This document shows positions 7,326 through 16,404 of a DNA stretch of 30,312 nucleotides, piece after piece; positions within the stretch are counted from its first letter, which is position 1, and every line of letters starts with the position of its first letter. The DNA is from Candidatus Rokuibacteriota bacterium (GTDB lineage Bacteria > Methylomirabilota > Methylomirabilia > Rokubacteriales > DASRDR01). The stretch is from positions 1 through 30,312 of the forward strand of contig JBIOTN010000142.1 in assembly GCA_044866005.1 (NCBI GenBank), in the 5' to 3' direction. The notes beneath the pieces are model-generated. The model was not told where the DNA came from. It did not search any database and worked only from the letters and a program-made list of their open reading frames with translations. Both the position numbers and the translations under genes were made by a program.

Positions 7326-8792
7326 ATGGCGGTGGAGGCGGGGCGAGGGAGGCACGAGACGCCGCGGGCGGGACATGCCTGGCGGAACGGCGCGGGTGGC
7401 CACCGGCCCGGGAAGCCCGGGACCGGCCGCCGGCGCGGTGTGGCAGGCGTCGACGACCGCGCCGTCTACCGCTACCTTCGCGAGATCGGTCAGGTGCGAC
7501 TCCTGTCGGCGGCCCAGGAGGTGGCGCTCGGCCAGCGGATCGAGGCCGGCCGGATCCGCCTCCGCCGAGCGCTCGCCGGCATCCCGTCCGTGGTCCGGAC
7601 GCTCCGGGGCATCGGCGAGCGGCTGCGGCGGCGGGAGCTCGGGATCGCCGACGTCGTCGTCCCGACCGAGGCCGGCGGCTTCGACGCGCGGGCCACGGCG
7701 GCCCTGGTGCGGACCTTCGGAGAGCTGGCGCGGCTCGAGCGGCGGATCACGCGGCTCGACGCGGTGTCGCGGCGCCTCCGCCCGGATCAGCGCCAGGCGC
7801 ACGCCGCTTGCCTGGCGCGGGCCGGAGAGCGGCTCCGCACGCTCGTCGGCGGCCTGCGGCTCCGAACGCCGCTCGTGGAGCAGCTGGTCGCCGCGGCGCG
7901 CCGCGAGCACGCCCGTCTGGCGGCGCGCGCGGTGGCGGCGCGCGGGTCCCGGGCCGCGGCCCGGGAGCGACGGGCAGTGGAGGCGGAGGCCGGCATGGCG
8001 CTCGACCGGCTCGCCGCCGCGCTCACCGAGATCGAGGCGAGCGACCGGATCGTCCGGGACGCCAAGCAGGAGCTGATGGAGGCCAACCTCCGGCTCGTGG
8101 TCTCGGTCGCGAAGCGGTACGTCACCCGCGACCTCGGCCTGCTCGACCTCGTCCAGGAGGGGAACTTCGGGCTCATGCGCGCCGTGGACCGGTTCCAGCA
8201 CCACCGCGGCTTCAAGTTCTCGACGTACGCCACCTGGTGGATCCGGCAGGCGGTCCGGCGCGCCATCGACGACCAGTCGCGGACCATCCGGATCCCCGTC
8301 CACATGATCGAGGCCCTGAACCGCGTGGGACGGGCGGGGCGGGACCTCGGGCACGAGCTCGGGCGCGTGCCGACGCCCGAAGAGCTGGCGGGCCGGACCG
8401 GCGAGCCGCCCCGGAAGATCCGGCTCCTCCTCGACGCTTCCCGGCCGCCGCTGTCGCTCGAGGCGCCGATCAACGACGACCAGCAGCTCGCCGATGTCCT
8501 GGCGGACGAGGCCGGAGCCACGCCGGACCGCGCCCTGCTGGAGCGGGACATGGTCGAGCAGGTCGCGCGCTCGCTCGGGACGCTCAGCGACCGGGAGGCC
8601 AGCGTCCTCCGGCTCCGCTTCGGGATCGGCACCGAGCGTGAGCACACGCTCGACGAGATCGGCGAGCGCTTCGCGCTCACCCGCGAGCGCATCCGCCAGA
8701 TCGAGACGACCGCGCTGCGAAAGCTCCGCCATCCGCTTCGCAGCCACAACCTGACCGCGTTCGTCCCCGGCGCGGCGGCTCCGCGCGACTAG
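7326..8792 (+). CDS. RpoD/SigA-like sigma-70 factor lacking region 1.1 (group 2-like; 488 aa)
   Basis: RBS GGAGGGAG; region 1.2 [28 protein letters not shown], long non-conserved region, region 2 [16 protein letters not shown]...[17 protein letters not shown]...[25 protein letters not shown], region 4 [20 protein letters not shown]...ALRKLRHP. Confidence 0.93.
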   Translation: MAVEAGRGRHETPRAGHAWRNGAGGHRPGKPGTGRRRGVAGVDDRAVYRYLREIGQVRLLSAAQEVALGQRIEAGRIRLRRALAGIPSVVRTLRGIGERLRRRELGIADVVVPTEAGGFDARATAALVRTFGELARLERRITRLDAVSRRLRPDQRQAHAACLARAGERLRTLVGGLRLRTPLVEQLVAAARREHARLAARAVAARGSRAAARERRAVEAEAGMALDRLAAALTEIEASDRIVRDAKQELMEANLRLVVSVAKRYVTRDLGLLDLVQEGNFGLMRAVDRFQHHRGFKFSTYATWWIRQAVRRAIDDQSRTIRIPVHMIEALNRVGRAGRDLGHELGRVPTPEELAGRTGEPPRKIRLLLDASRPPLSLEAPINDDQQLADVLADEAGATPDRALLERDMVEQVARSLGTLSDREASVLRLRFGIGTEREHTLDEIGERFALTRERIRQIETTALRKLRHPLRSHNLTAFVPGAAAPRD

Positions 8793-8810
8793 CCCCGCCG
8801 CGTTCCCGGC

Positions 8811-8839
8811 TTGTCTCGCCGGGCGCGATCTGCTACGGT
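8811..8839 (+). promoter_or_regulatory. Putative sigma70 promoter of the CoA-transferase operon
   Basis: TTGTCT, 17 nt, TACGGT with extended -10 TG at 8831-8832. Confidence 0.55.
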
Positions 8840-8914
8840 CTGCCAGGGTCCGCGCGTCCCGCCAGGTGCTGCGCGGGCCCCGGCCCCGCACGAGCCGCGC
8901 CCGGAGAGCGAATC

Positions 8915-10249
8915 ATGCCCGACGACGCGTACTTCCGCTGGACGGCCGAGCTGTTCGACCGGCAGCGGATCTTCGACAAGCCCGAGGCCCTTGCGGGCAT
9001 CCGGGTGCTCGAGCTCACCACGCTGATCCTCGGTCCCGCCACCGCCGACTTCCTCGGCGAGTTCGGCGCCGAGGTGATCAAGGTGGAGCTGCCCCCCGCG
9101 GGGGACACGATGCGCTACGTGACGCCGCGCGGGACCTTCTGGAAGAACGCCTCGCTCGGATTCTTCCCGGAAAGTCACTCCAAGTACCACGTCGCCATCG
9201 ATCTCCACAAGGATGAGGGCAAGGCGCTCTTCACGCGTCTCGCCGCCCGCGCCGACGTCCTCGTGGAGAACTTCCGGGCCGGGACGCTCGACCGCTGGGG
9301 AATCGGCTACCGCGCGCTCTCCGCGGTCAATCCCCGGCTCGTCTACGTCGCGAACTCGGGGTTCGGCCAGTGGGGCCCGTTCGCCCTGGGGCGGGCCTCG
9401 TACGACGCCGTGGCCCAGACCGTCTCCGGCATGGTCGGGATCACCGGCTTCCCCGGTCGCCCCCCGATCACCTGCGGCATCTTCATCGGCGACTGGTTCG
9501 GCGCGATGATGGCCGCGACCGCGGCGCTGGTGGCCCTCCACCACCGGCGGCGGACGGGGGAAGGGCAGTTCATCGACTACGCGCAGTCCGAGGGCCTCAT
9601 CCGGTCGCTCGACTGGACGTGGATCCTGGCGGGGCTCACCGGGGAGACCCGCGGCCCGGTCGGCAACCGCGACCGCGCCCTCGGCGCCGCCGACATCGTC
9701 CGCTGCCGGGACGGCTTCGTCGCCATCGCGGCCGTGACCGACGCCGAGTTCCAGGGCCTCTGCCAGGCGATGGGGAGCCCGGCGCTGGCGACGGACCCGC
9801 GCCTGGCCACGCTGGCGGCGCGACTCGAGCCGGCCGCGGCCGAGACCATTCTGGCGCGGGTGCGGGCGTGGGCGGCGGAGCTGACGCAGAGCGAGCTCGA
9901 GGCCGTCGGCGAGAAGCACGGCTTCGCCGCGGCGCGGGTCGTCAGCTCGGCCGACCGCTACGCCGACCCACACCTGCGCGCGCGCGGCGCCGTGTGGGAC
10001 TACGAGGACCCGCTCTACGGCCCGATGGTCGAGCAGGGCCCGGCCCCGAAGCTCTCGGCGACGCCGGGACGGATCCGCTGGGCCGCGCGTCCGGTCGGCT
10101 GGCACAACGAGCACGTCTTCCGCACGATCCTGGGGCTGACGCCGCCGGAGATCCAGGCGCTGGAGGCGCGGGGTGTCGTGGGGCGCTGGGCCGATCGGGT
10201 CGGGGCCAAGCCGCCCGACGGCGCGAGCCTCGACGCGCCGGTGGTGTGA
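8915..10249 (+). CDS. Class III (CaiB/BaiF) CoA-transferase, subunit with catalytic Asp (444 aa)
   Basis: ALAGIRVLELT, FGAEVIKVELP, ADVLVENFRAG, NPRLVY...SGFGQWGP, YDAVAQ, IGD193WFG, GEGQFID. Confidence 0.92.
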   Translation: MPDDAYFRWTAELFDRQRIFDKPEALAGIRVLELTTLILGPATADFLGEFGAEVIKVELPPAGDTMRYVTPRGTFWKNASLGFFPESHSKYHVAIDLHKDEGKALFTRLAARADVLVENFRAGTLDRWGIGYRALSAVNPRLVYVANSGFGQWGPFALGRASYDAVAQTVSGMVGITGFPGRPPITCGIFIGDWFGAMMAATAALVALHHRRRTGEGQFIDYAQSEGLIRSLDWTWILAGLTGETRGPVGNRDRALGAADIVRCRDGFVAIAAVTDAEFQGLCQAMGSPALATDPRLATLAARLEPAAAETILARVRAWAAELTQSELEAVGEKHGFAAARVVSSADRYADPHLRARGAVWDYEDPLYGPMVEQGPAPKLSATPGRIRWAARPVGWHNEHVFRTILGLTPPEIQALEARGVVGRWADRVGAKPPDGASLDAPVV

Positions 10250-10253
10250 GGGC

Positions 10254-11591
10254 GTGACGAGCGCGCGGCCCGACCCCGACCCCACGGCGCCCTGGCCCGA
10301 CTACGCGCGGGCGCTCTGCGATCCGACCCGGACCCGCGAGAAGCCCGAAGCGCTCGACGACCTCCTGGTGCTCGACTGCTCCCACGCGAACGTCGCCGGG
10401 CTCTTCGCCTCCTCGATCCTCGCCGAGTTCGGCGCCACCGTGATCCGCATCGAGCCGCCGGGGGGCGATCCGGCCCGCCAGTTCTCGCCCGAGGGGCGCC
10501 GTCACGGCGACACGGGCCTGGCCTACCTCGTCGAGGGGCGGAACAAGCACCACGTCACGCTCGACCTCCAGGCAGCGGAGGGCCGCCTCCTGCTCCGCCG
10601 GCTCGCCGCGAAAGCGGACGTGCTGATCGAGACCTTCCGGCCCGGGCTCATGGACGGCTGGGGGTGCGGCTACCGTCAACTGGGCCTCCTCAACCCGCGG
10701 CTCGTCTACGTGGCGATCTCGACCCACGGCCAGTTCGGCCCCCGCGCCGCCTCACCCATCCCGGACCACGACCTGACGAACCAGGCGCTCTCCGGCGTGC
10801 CGTACACGACCGGCGAGGCGGAAGGGCCGGAGGGCCCTCGGCCACACGCCGTGCCGACCCGCCAGGGCTCGTGGGCCGGCTGGTACATCGGGGGCGGCTG
10901 GGCCGCCTTCGCCGCGCTCGCCGCGCTCACCTGGCGCGCCGCGTCCGGGCAGGGGCAGCTCTGCGACATCTCCCCGGCCGAGGGCGAGATGCGGATGACC
11001 GACTACGGCGTCCACTGGTATCACTCCCACCGCCAGGTCTGGGAGCGGACCGGGGCCTTCAACATCTCGGTCTTCCCGTACACCCTCGTCCGCACCAGGG
11101 ACGGCTACTCGTTCATCGCCGGCTTCTCGGACGTGAACTGGACCGGGGTGACGAACATCATGGGCCGACCGGACGTGCGCGAGCGGTTCCCCACCATCCG
11201 GGACCGCACGGCCGCCGACAAGCAGCCGGAGATCCACCGCGAGCTCGAGGCGTGGGCGAGCGGGCTCACCTCCCAGGAGGTGCTCGACCGGGTGATGGAG
11301 TACATGCGCGAGAAGCGAGGCCCGGGCACCGTCGCCACGGCGCGCGTGAACAGCCCGAAGGACACGCTCGCCGAGTCCCACTGGTGGGAGCGCGGCGTCT
11401 TCCAGCGGCTCACGGACCCTCACTACGGAGAGCTCCTGCTCCAGGCGCCGCCGTGGAAGATGTCGCGCACGCCGCCCCGGCTCAAGTGGGCCTGCCGGCC
11501 GGTGGGAGCGGACAACGCTACGGTCTACACGCGGTACCTCGGGGTTTCCCCCTCGGAGCTCCGGGCGCTCGCCGCCCGGGGCGTCATCTGA
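10254..11591 (+). CDS. Class III CoA-transferase paralogue lacking the catalytic Asp (445 aa)
   Basis: GTG 4 nt after the previous stop; KPEALDDLLVLD, FGATVIRIEPPGGD, GRNKHHVTLDL, ADVLIETFRPG, NPRLVY, HGQFGP, GQGQLCDIS; the Asp position reads AGW210YIG. Confidence 0.88.
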   Translation: MTSARPDPDPTAPWPDYARALCDPTRTREKPEALDDLLVLDCSHANVAGLFASSILAEFGATVIRIEPPGGDPARQFSPEGRRHGDTGLAYLVEGRNKHHVTLDLQAAEGRLLLRRLAAKADVLIETFRPGLMDGWGCGYRQLGLLNPRLVYVAISTHGQFGPRAASPIPDHDLTNQALSGVPYTTGEAEGPEGPRPHAVPTRQGSWAGWYIGGGWAAFAALAALTWRAASGQGQLCDISPAEGEMRMTDYGVHWYHSHRQVWERTGAFNISVFPYTLVRTRDGYSFIAGFSDVNWTGVTNIMGRPDVRERFPTIRDRTAADKQPEIHRELEAWASGLTSQEVLDRVMEYMREKRGPGTVATARVNSPKDTLAESHWWERGVFQRLTDPHYGELLLQAPPWKMSRTPPRLKWACRPVGADNATVYTRYLGVSPSELRALAARGVI

Positions 11592-11613
11592 ACTCGGAGT
11601 CGGAGGAGAGACG

Positions 11614-12105
11614 ATGCTGACGATGGAGGACGTGGCGAAGATGCCGGTGGAAGAGCGTCTCGGTCGCCTGGGGCGCGCCGCGGACGAGCTCGCCGCGGCG
11701 ATCACGGGCCAGCCCGAGGCCCTGCTGGCCCGGCGGCCGGACGCCAAGAACTGGGCGGCCAAGGAGGTCGTCTGCCACCTGCGGGACACGGAGGAGTCGT
11801 TCATGGTGCGCTTCCAGGCCATCGCCGCCATGGACGAGCCCAAGTTCTTCCCCATCGATCCCGACCGGTGGGCGGAGGAGCGGCAGTACATCCGGAGCGA
11901 CGCGGCCGAGGCCCTCCGCGCCTTCCGGCGCCGCCGGCAGGAGTCCCTCGCTCACCTCCGGGGGCTCGCGACCGCCGACTGGCAGCGGGCGGGCATCCAT
12001 CCGGCCCGTGGCCGCTTCACGGTCGGCGACTTCGTGACCCTGATGACCTGGCACGACCAGAATCACCTGGAGCAGCTGCGCCGGGCCCTCCGCGGGGACG
12101 CCTAG
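11614..12105 (+). CDS. DinB/YfiT-family protein (163 aa)
   Basis: RBS GGAGGAG; WAAKEVVCHLRDTE and WHDQNHLEQL give the His triad typical of the family. Confidence 0.85.
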   Translation: MLTMEDVAKMPVEERLGRLGRAADELAAAITGQPEALLARRPDAKNWAAKEVVCHLRDTEESFMVRFQAIAAMDEPKFFPIDPDRWAEERQYIRSDAAEALRAFRRRRQESLAHLRGLATADWQRAGIHPARGRFTVGDFVTLMTWHDQNHLEQLRRALRGDA

Positions 12106-12183
12106 CTCATTTCGGGGGGGTCTGGGGAGACCCGCCCGATGCCTCCCCGCCGTTGCGGCGGCAGAGCCGCCGCTCGGACATCC
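12103..12183 (+). repeat. REP-like two-hairpin repeat (most complete copy)
   Basis: TAGCTCATT-TCGGGGGGGTCT GGGG AGACCCGCCCGA-TGCCTCCCCGCCGTT-GCGGCGGC AGA GCCGCCGC-TCGGACA; fills the gap between two convergent stops. Confidence 0.75.
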
Positions 12184-12189
12184 TACGAC

Positions 12190-14190
12190 TTACCGCGACA
12201 CGGGGTTCTGGCGGGTCGCCTCGTCCACGTACCGCGCGGCGTCATCAGGCAGGAGCAGCCGCGCGGCCGTGAGCTCGCGCACGACCTCCGAGACCTTGCG
12301 GACGTAGCCGTCCGCGTTGCCGTACCGCTCCTCGAGCGAGGGCCGCGGGTCGCCCTTCGCCTCGCGCTCGGCGCGCGTCCGGGCGAAGGGGGCGTAGGTG
12401 CCCTCGCGGTCGCAGAGCTCGCCCGCGGGGTAGGGCGGCCGGTAGAAGTTCCAGCCCGTGTAGGTCGCCACGGGCGCGGCGATCGCCGGAAGCCGGATCC
12501 CCGCGGTCTCGTTGCCGTCGGCGTCGACCCGCGGCACGAGCGGACGGTACGCCTTGTCGCCCGCGGCGTGGCGCGGCCTCGTCCAGTCGCCGAACAGGAC
12601 GAGATGGTTCCCGGCCCGCGGGACCTCGATGCCCGGGATCGCGGGGAAGCCGAGCTGCTCGGAGGCCACGAGCGTGCCGGCGGCGAGGGTCGGGACGCGG
12701 CTCGGCGGGGGCTCCGTGCCGTCCGTGACCCAGCGGTCCAGCGCCACCAGCAGCGCGCGGAGCGCCGGCGCCGGGCTGTGCGGGTTCCTGGGGTGGAGGC
12801 AGTTCCCCGGGACCGGGGTGAGCCCGGCCCGGCCGCCATGCTGCGTGCCGGCCACGAGATAGAGACGGACGCCCTTCGGGATCTCGAGGTCGCGCGTGCC
12901 GAGCGGGTCCGTGTGGAGGAGCGAGGCGCCCTTCTGCCAGTACTCCGTCGAGGTGTTGACCTCGATGACGAGCGGGTCGAAGCCGTTGCCGCGCAGGAGC
13001 GCCCCGGCCCGGCCGGTCACGGGATCGGAGACCGTCCCGTGGGCGAAGGGGAACTGGTTCTCGGGGAAGTGGTGGTCCTCGTGCTGGGTGTTGGTCCGGT
13101 TCGGCTGGCCGAACTCGGCGTTCGCGAAGACCTTCCCGACCCCCGCGATGTGGGCGAGCGTGCCGTCGAAGACCTTGCGCCCGGCCTCGTCCTGGTTCAT
13201 GCCGAGCTCGAGGTGGTCGCGCAGGTAGCGGCCGGACTGGGAGATGCCGACGGCGAGCGCGGCCCGGATGCCGGTCGCCGCCCCGCCGAGCGCGACCGGG
13301 TTGGGGGTCCCGGCGGCATCCCGCGGCTCGTAGCGCAGGAAGGCCACGAGGTCCCGGGTCGCGGCGTAGCCGATCCCGAGCACCTTGGGATCCTTCGCCG
13401 GGTACGAGAAGTCGTAGATCGACCCCGGCTGGAACGCGGTGCCCTCGGGCAGGAGCTTGATGCTGCGACTGTCGGCGTACGCCCAGCCGGTGGGCGGGAT
13501 CTCGGCCGGCGGCTCGGCCTCGCTGGCGCGGACCGTCAGGCGCGCCCGCGCCTGGTCGAGGCTCGCCGCCTCGTAGCTGAGCGGCGCGGTCGCCCGCGTG
13601 GTGGGGACCCGCGTGCCGAAGACGAACTCGTCGCGAATGACCCGGACGATCGGCGCGCCGCCGGCGGTCGCCGTCGGGACGCGGATCACGAGCCCCTGGT
13701 TGGCCCGCGGCGCATCCGGGTCCCAGCCGCTCCAGACGATCGTGTAGCCCTCGCGGAAGGCGAAGCCGTTGCCGGCGGCCGCGACCGTGGCGGGGTCGTT
13801 GACGGCGCCGGGGGAGGTCTGCGGCGCGTCGTGGAGCCACGGCAGGAGGAACTTCCGGCCCCGGTTGGTCACGTCGTAGAGGAGCTTCCGGTTGCCGCGG
13901 GCGGGCTCGGCCGGCCGCATGAGGTAGAAGTCCACGTCGTACTCGACGAGCCCGCGCGCGTTGCGCGGAGCGCGGTCGAGGTTGACGATGACGGCGTTCC
14001 GGGCGTCGCGCGGGTCGAGCTCGCCGAAGGCCACGCCGACGATCCGGACATAGGCGCCGGTCGGCCCGAACTCGACTCCCCCGGCGAAGGGCTCGGTCCG
14101 ATCGACGCGGAGCCGGACGACCCGCGCCTCCGCGGTCCCGGCGAGCAGCAGACCGACGAGCGTGAGCGCGATGGCGAGCGGTCGGCTCAT
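12190..14190 (-). CDS. Exported alpha/beta-hydrolase-domain protein (666 aa)
   Basis: RBS GAGGAGG; signal peptide MSRPLAIALTLVGLLLAGTAEA; YDVTNRG, GYTIVWSGW, nucleophile-like GISQSGRYLR, NTSTEYW, AGTQH, VDADGNETAGIRLP, DPRPSLEERY. Confidence 0.8.
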   Translation of the reverse strand: MSRPLAIALTLVGLLLAGTAEARVVRLRVDRTEPFAGGVEFGPTGAYVRIVGVAFGELDPRDARNAVIVNLDRAPRNARGLVEYDVDFYLMRPAEPARGNRKLLYDVTNRGRKFLLPWLHDAPQTSPGAVNDPATVAAAGNGFAFREGYTIVWSGWDPDAPRANQGLVIRVPTATAGGAPIVRVIRDEFVFGTRVPTTRATAPLSYEAASLDQARARLTVRASEAEPPAEIPPTGWAYADSRSIKLLPEGTAFQPGSIYDFSYPAKDPKVLGIGYAATRDLVAFLRYEPRDAAGTPNPVALGGAATGIRAALAVGISQSGRYLRDHLELGMNQDEAGRKVFDGTLAHIAGVGKVFANAEFGQPNRTNTQHEDHHFPENQFPFAHGTVSDPVTGRAGALLRGNGFDPLVIEVNTSTEYWQKGASLLHTDPLGTRDLEIPKGVRLYLVAGTQHGGRAGLTPVPGNCLHPRNPHSPAPALRALLVALDRWVTDGTEPPPSRVPTLAAGTLVASEQLGFPAIPGIEVPRAGNHLVLFGDWTRPRHAAGDKAYRPLVPRVDADGNETAGIRLPAIAAPVATYTGWNFYRPPYPAGELCDREGTYAPFARTRAEREAKGDPRPSLEERYGNADGYVRKVSEVVRELTAARLLLPDDAARYVDEATRQNPVSR

Positions 14191-14344
14191 GGGAGTCCTC
14201 CTCGTGCCGGTGGCTCCGTCCGGGCCTCATCGCGGCTCGGCATAATGACCCGCCGAGCGGGATCACTGCCAAGCGACGCCACTTTAGACAGGCCGTCATG
14301 CTCCAGCCAGGGAAGACGACGGGGAAAGGCCATGGGTCCTCGCC

Positions 14345-15529
14345 TCACCGGCTGAGCGGGGTACCGGGCGCCCGGATCCCTGTCGTGGCCGAGAACCAGT
14401 CACCAGCGATGTATGACGCGTGCGCCTCCTGGGCCCGGATGACCCGCAAGCTCTCTTCCTTTACCGCCCGGGCCCCCTGGCGGGCGGCCTCGAGCCGTTG
14501 GGCTTCGGTGACCAGCGCCTGGCGGCGATCCTCGTTTTCGTGGATCCGGCGAGCCAGCTGGAATGCCAGCCGCTCGCGGTCGTCAATCGCCTCCAGTGTG
14601 TGGTTCACCTGCGCCCAGGCGATGCCGAACCGCGTCATCGCCACGCCGTACTCCGCGGCGAACTTCGCGATCGTCGCGCCGCGCTCGACGGCCCGCATCC
14701 CGCGCGCGCTGGCCTCCTCGATCAGCCGCCGGGCTCCCGCGCTCTTGAGGAGCTCCCAGGACGCGTGTTGAAGGTCCGCCATGGCGGCGAGCAACTCCTG
14801 CCGTTCCAGCGGGGTGCGTACGACGTTGAGCACCGCCAGGATGGCGAGGGAACGCTCCCCGAAGCGGTGGACGGGCGCCGCCGCCTCCTCGACGTTCACG
14901 GCGTGGCGGAGCGCGGCCTCCGCCCCCTCGAGCTCCTGGTCCAGCCGCTCCACCTCGAGCCGGAGCCGCTGGTACTTCGACCAGACGCGGCGGTATTTGG
15001 CGAGGCTCTCCCGGGCGCGGCGGAGAGCCGGCCGAACCCGTTGGTACTCGGCCCAGGCGCGGGGGCCCTCCCGGTGGGCCTCCTTGACCACGTCGGCCAG
15101 CGGACCCAGCAGAAACTCGACGGCTGCGAAAAGCGCCTCCTTCTGCGCGTCCTCGCTTTCCTTTACCCAGTCGCCGAGCGTCTCCTGGGGGTTCACACCC
15201 TGCTGCAGGCGCCGGAGGGCGTTCTGCCACACGCCCACCATGCGTTGGTGGTAGGCGATGTCCCGCCGACGCGCGCGCAGTCGCTCCTCGATCTGGCGGT
15301 CGAGCGTCTCCGCAGTCTCGACGCATGCATCGCCCGCGAGCTCAAATCCGGGCTGGCACTCGCAGTAGATTCGCAGCGTGTCGCCGATCCGCTCTTCCCC
15401 GATCTTGCTCGCGCCAGGCGGACAGGTCTGCGCGGTCGTGACGGGAACCAAGACGAGACCCGCCGACAGGAGGCCCGTCAATGCGGCCGCGAGAACAACG
15501 GCCCCGGTAGGGGGGGAGGGGCTCAGCAT
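14345..15529 (-). CDS. Hypothetical exported protein: four-Cys N-terminal module plus long helical/coiled-coil body (394 aa)
   Basis: TGATG overlap with the upstream gene; hydrophobic N-terminus; TCPPG...YCECQPGFELAGDAC; heptad-like YQRLRLEVERLDQELEGAEAAL. Confidence 0.7.
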   Translation of the reverse strand: MLSPSPPTGAVVLAAALTGLLSAGLVLVPVTTAQTCPPGASKIGEERIGDTLRIYCECQPGFELAGDACVETAETLDRQIEERLRARRRDIAYHQRMVGVWQNALRRLQQGVNPQETLGDWVKESEDAQKEALFAAVEFLLGPLADVVKEAHREGPRAWAEYQRVRPALRRARESLAKYRRVWSKYQRLRLEVERLDQELEGAEAALRHAVNVEEAAAPVHRFGERSLAILAVLNVVRTPLERQELLAAMADLQHASWELLKSAGARRLIEEASARGMRAVERGATIAKFAAEYGVAMTRFGIAWAQVNHTLEAIDDRERLAFQLARRIHENEDRRQALVTEAQRLEAARQGARAVKEESLRVIRAQEAHASYIAGDWFSATTGIRAPGTPLSR

Positions 15530-16404
15530 CAGCGCCCGAGCAGAATAATCTCGACTTTTTGCTGGCTCGCGTCTCGCTCCTGGAGGGCGCGTTCTTCGGC
15601 CTCATAGAGTTGCGCATACTCTTCGAGGCGGCGAGTGTACTCACGCTCGGCCGAAGCCCCGCTCGGCACCTGGGCCGAACTCTGCCCCCCAGCCGGCGCG
15701 CCAGTTAGTGCTTGCAGCTCCTGGCGCAGGCGCTCGCGCCGGGCGCGCGACGAGGTGATCAGCTGCTCGGCGCTGGCAATCTCGTCGAAGGCCTGGCGCA
15801 GTTCATTGAGCCGGGCCGTACTCAAATGCCCCGGCAGAGCCAGCGACTCGAGGGACACCTGGACATCGAGCCCCTGGATGGCAAGGCCGGCCTGGTCCGC
15901 CAGGAATCGGGCGTTCTCGTCACTCGGAGGCATGCCCGCACAGCGGTCGCACCGGAGGATCGCGATCGCGCGGCCCAGCTGCTCAAGTGCCACCGAAGAC
16001 CCGGGGGTCCACCCTGTCGGCACCTTGGCCTTTCCGAAGTTCTCGGCGCGATCGAAGCTGAAGAATCGGGTGCCCGCGGGCAGGCGCACTTCGGTGTAGC
16101 CGGCGCTCGCACCCATCGCCTGGACGCGGACGATCTCGCCGGCCAGGGCGCCGAGCGCGCGCCGCCGCAGGGCGTCGAGGTGCTGGATCCGTTCCATCCG
16201 TTTGCCACTCGGCGGCGGCGGTGGGGTCGAGGGGCGAGGCCGGTCGGGAGGAAGCACGTCGCCGCGGCCACCGCCGCCGCAGTACATGACGCACTCGGCC
16301 CGGCCGATGGAGGGCACGCTGGCGGGCTCCGCGCCCGGGGTCGCGAGGCACCAGAGTGCCACGGCGACCGCCAGCCCCGTGCGGCGCGCGAGCCGCACGG
16401 TCAC
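15529..16404 (-). CDS. Hypothetical exported protein with CxxxC-Gly motif, Pro-rich linker and C-terminal coiled coil (291 aa)
   Basis: GTGA overlap with the TPR gene stop; RLARRTGLAVAVALWCLATPGA signal-like; ECVMYCGGGG; PSTPPPPPS; RRERLRQELQAL...RRLEEYAQLYEAEERALQERD. Confidence 0.7.
   Translation of the reverse strand: MTVRLARRTGLAVAVALWCLATPGAEPASVPSIGRAECVMYCGGGGRGDVLPPDRPRPSTPPPPPSGKRMERIQHLDALRRRALGALAGEIVRVQAMGASAGYTEVRLPAGTRFFSFDRAENFGKAKVPTGWTPGSSVALEQLGRAIAILRCDRCAGMPPSDENARFLADQAGLAIQGLDVQVSLESLALPGHLSTARLNELRQAFDEIASAEQLITSSRARRERLRQELQALTGAPAGGQSSAQVPSGASAEREYTRRLEEYAQLYEAEERALQERDASQQKVEIILLGR

Noticed and set aside
12103..12183. Hairpins after stop codons as Rho-independent terminators
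   Set aside because: No U-tracts follow the stems, and the shared sequence across sites fits a repeat family better; a termination role is not excluded.
14226..14246. CTCAT, 10 nt, CATAAT resembling a fourth regulon promoter
   Set aside because: Only one box, none 11 or 22 bp upstream, and it points antisense into the island with no credible gene; probably chance.
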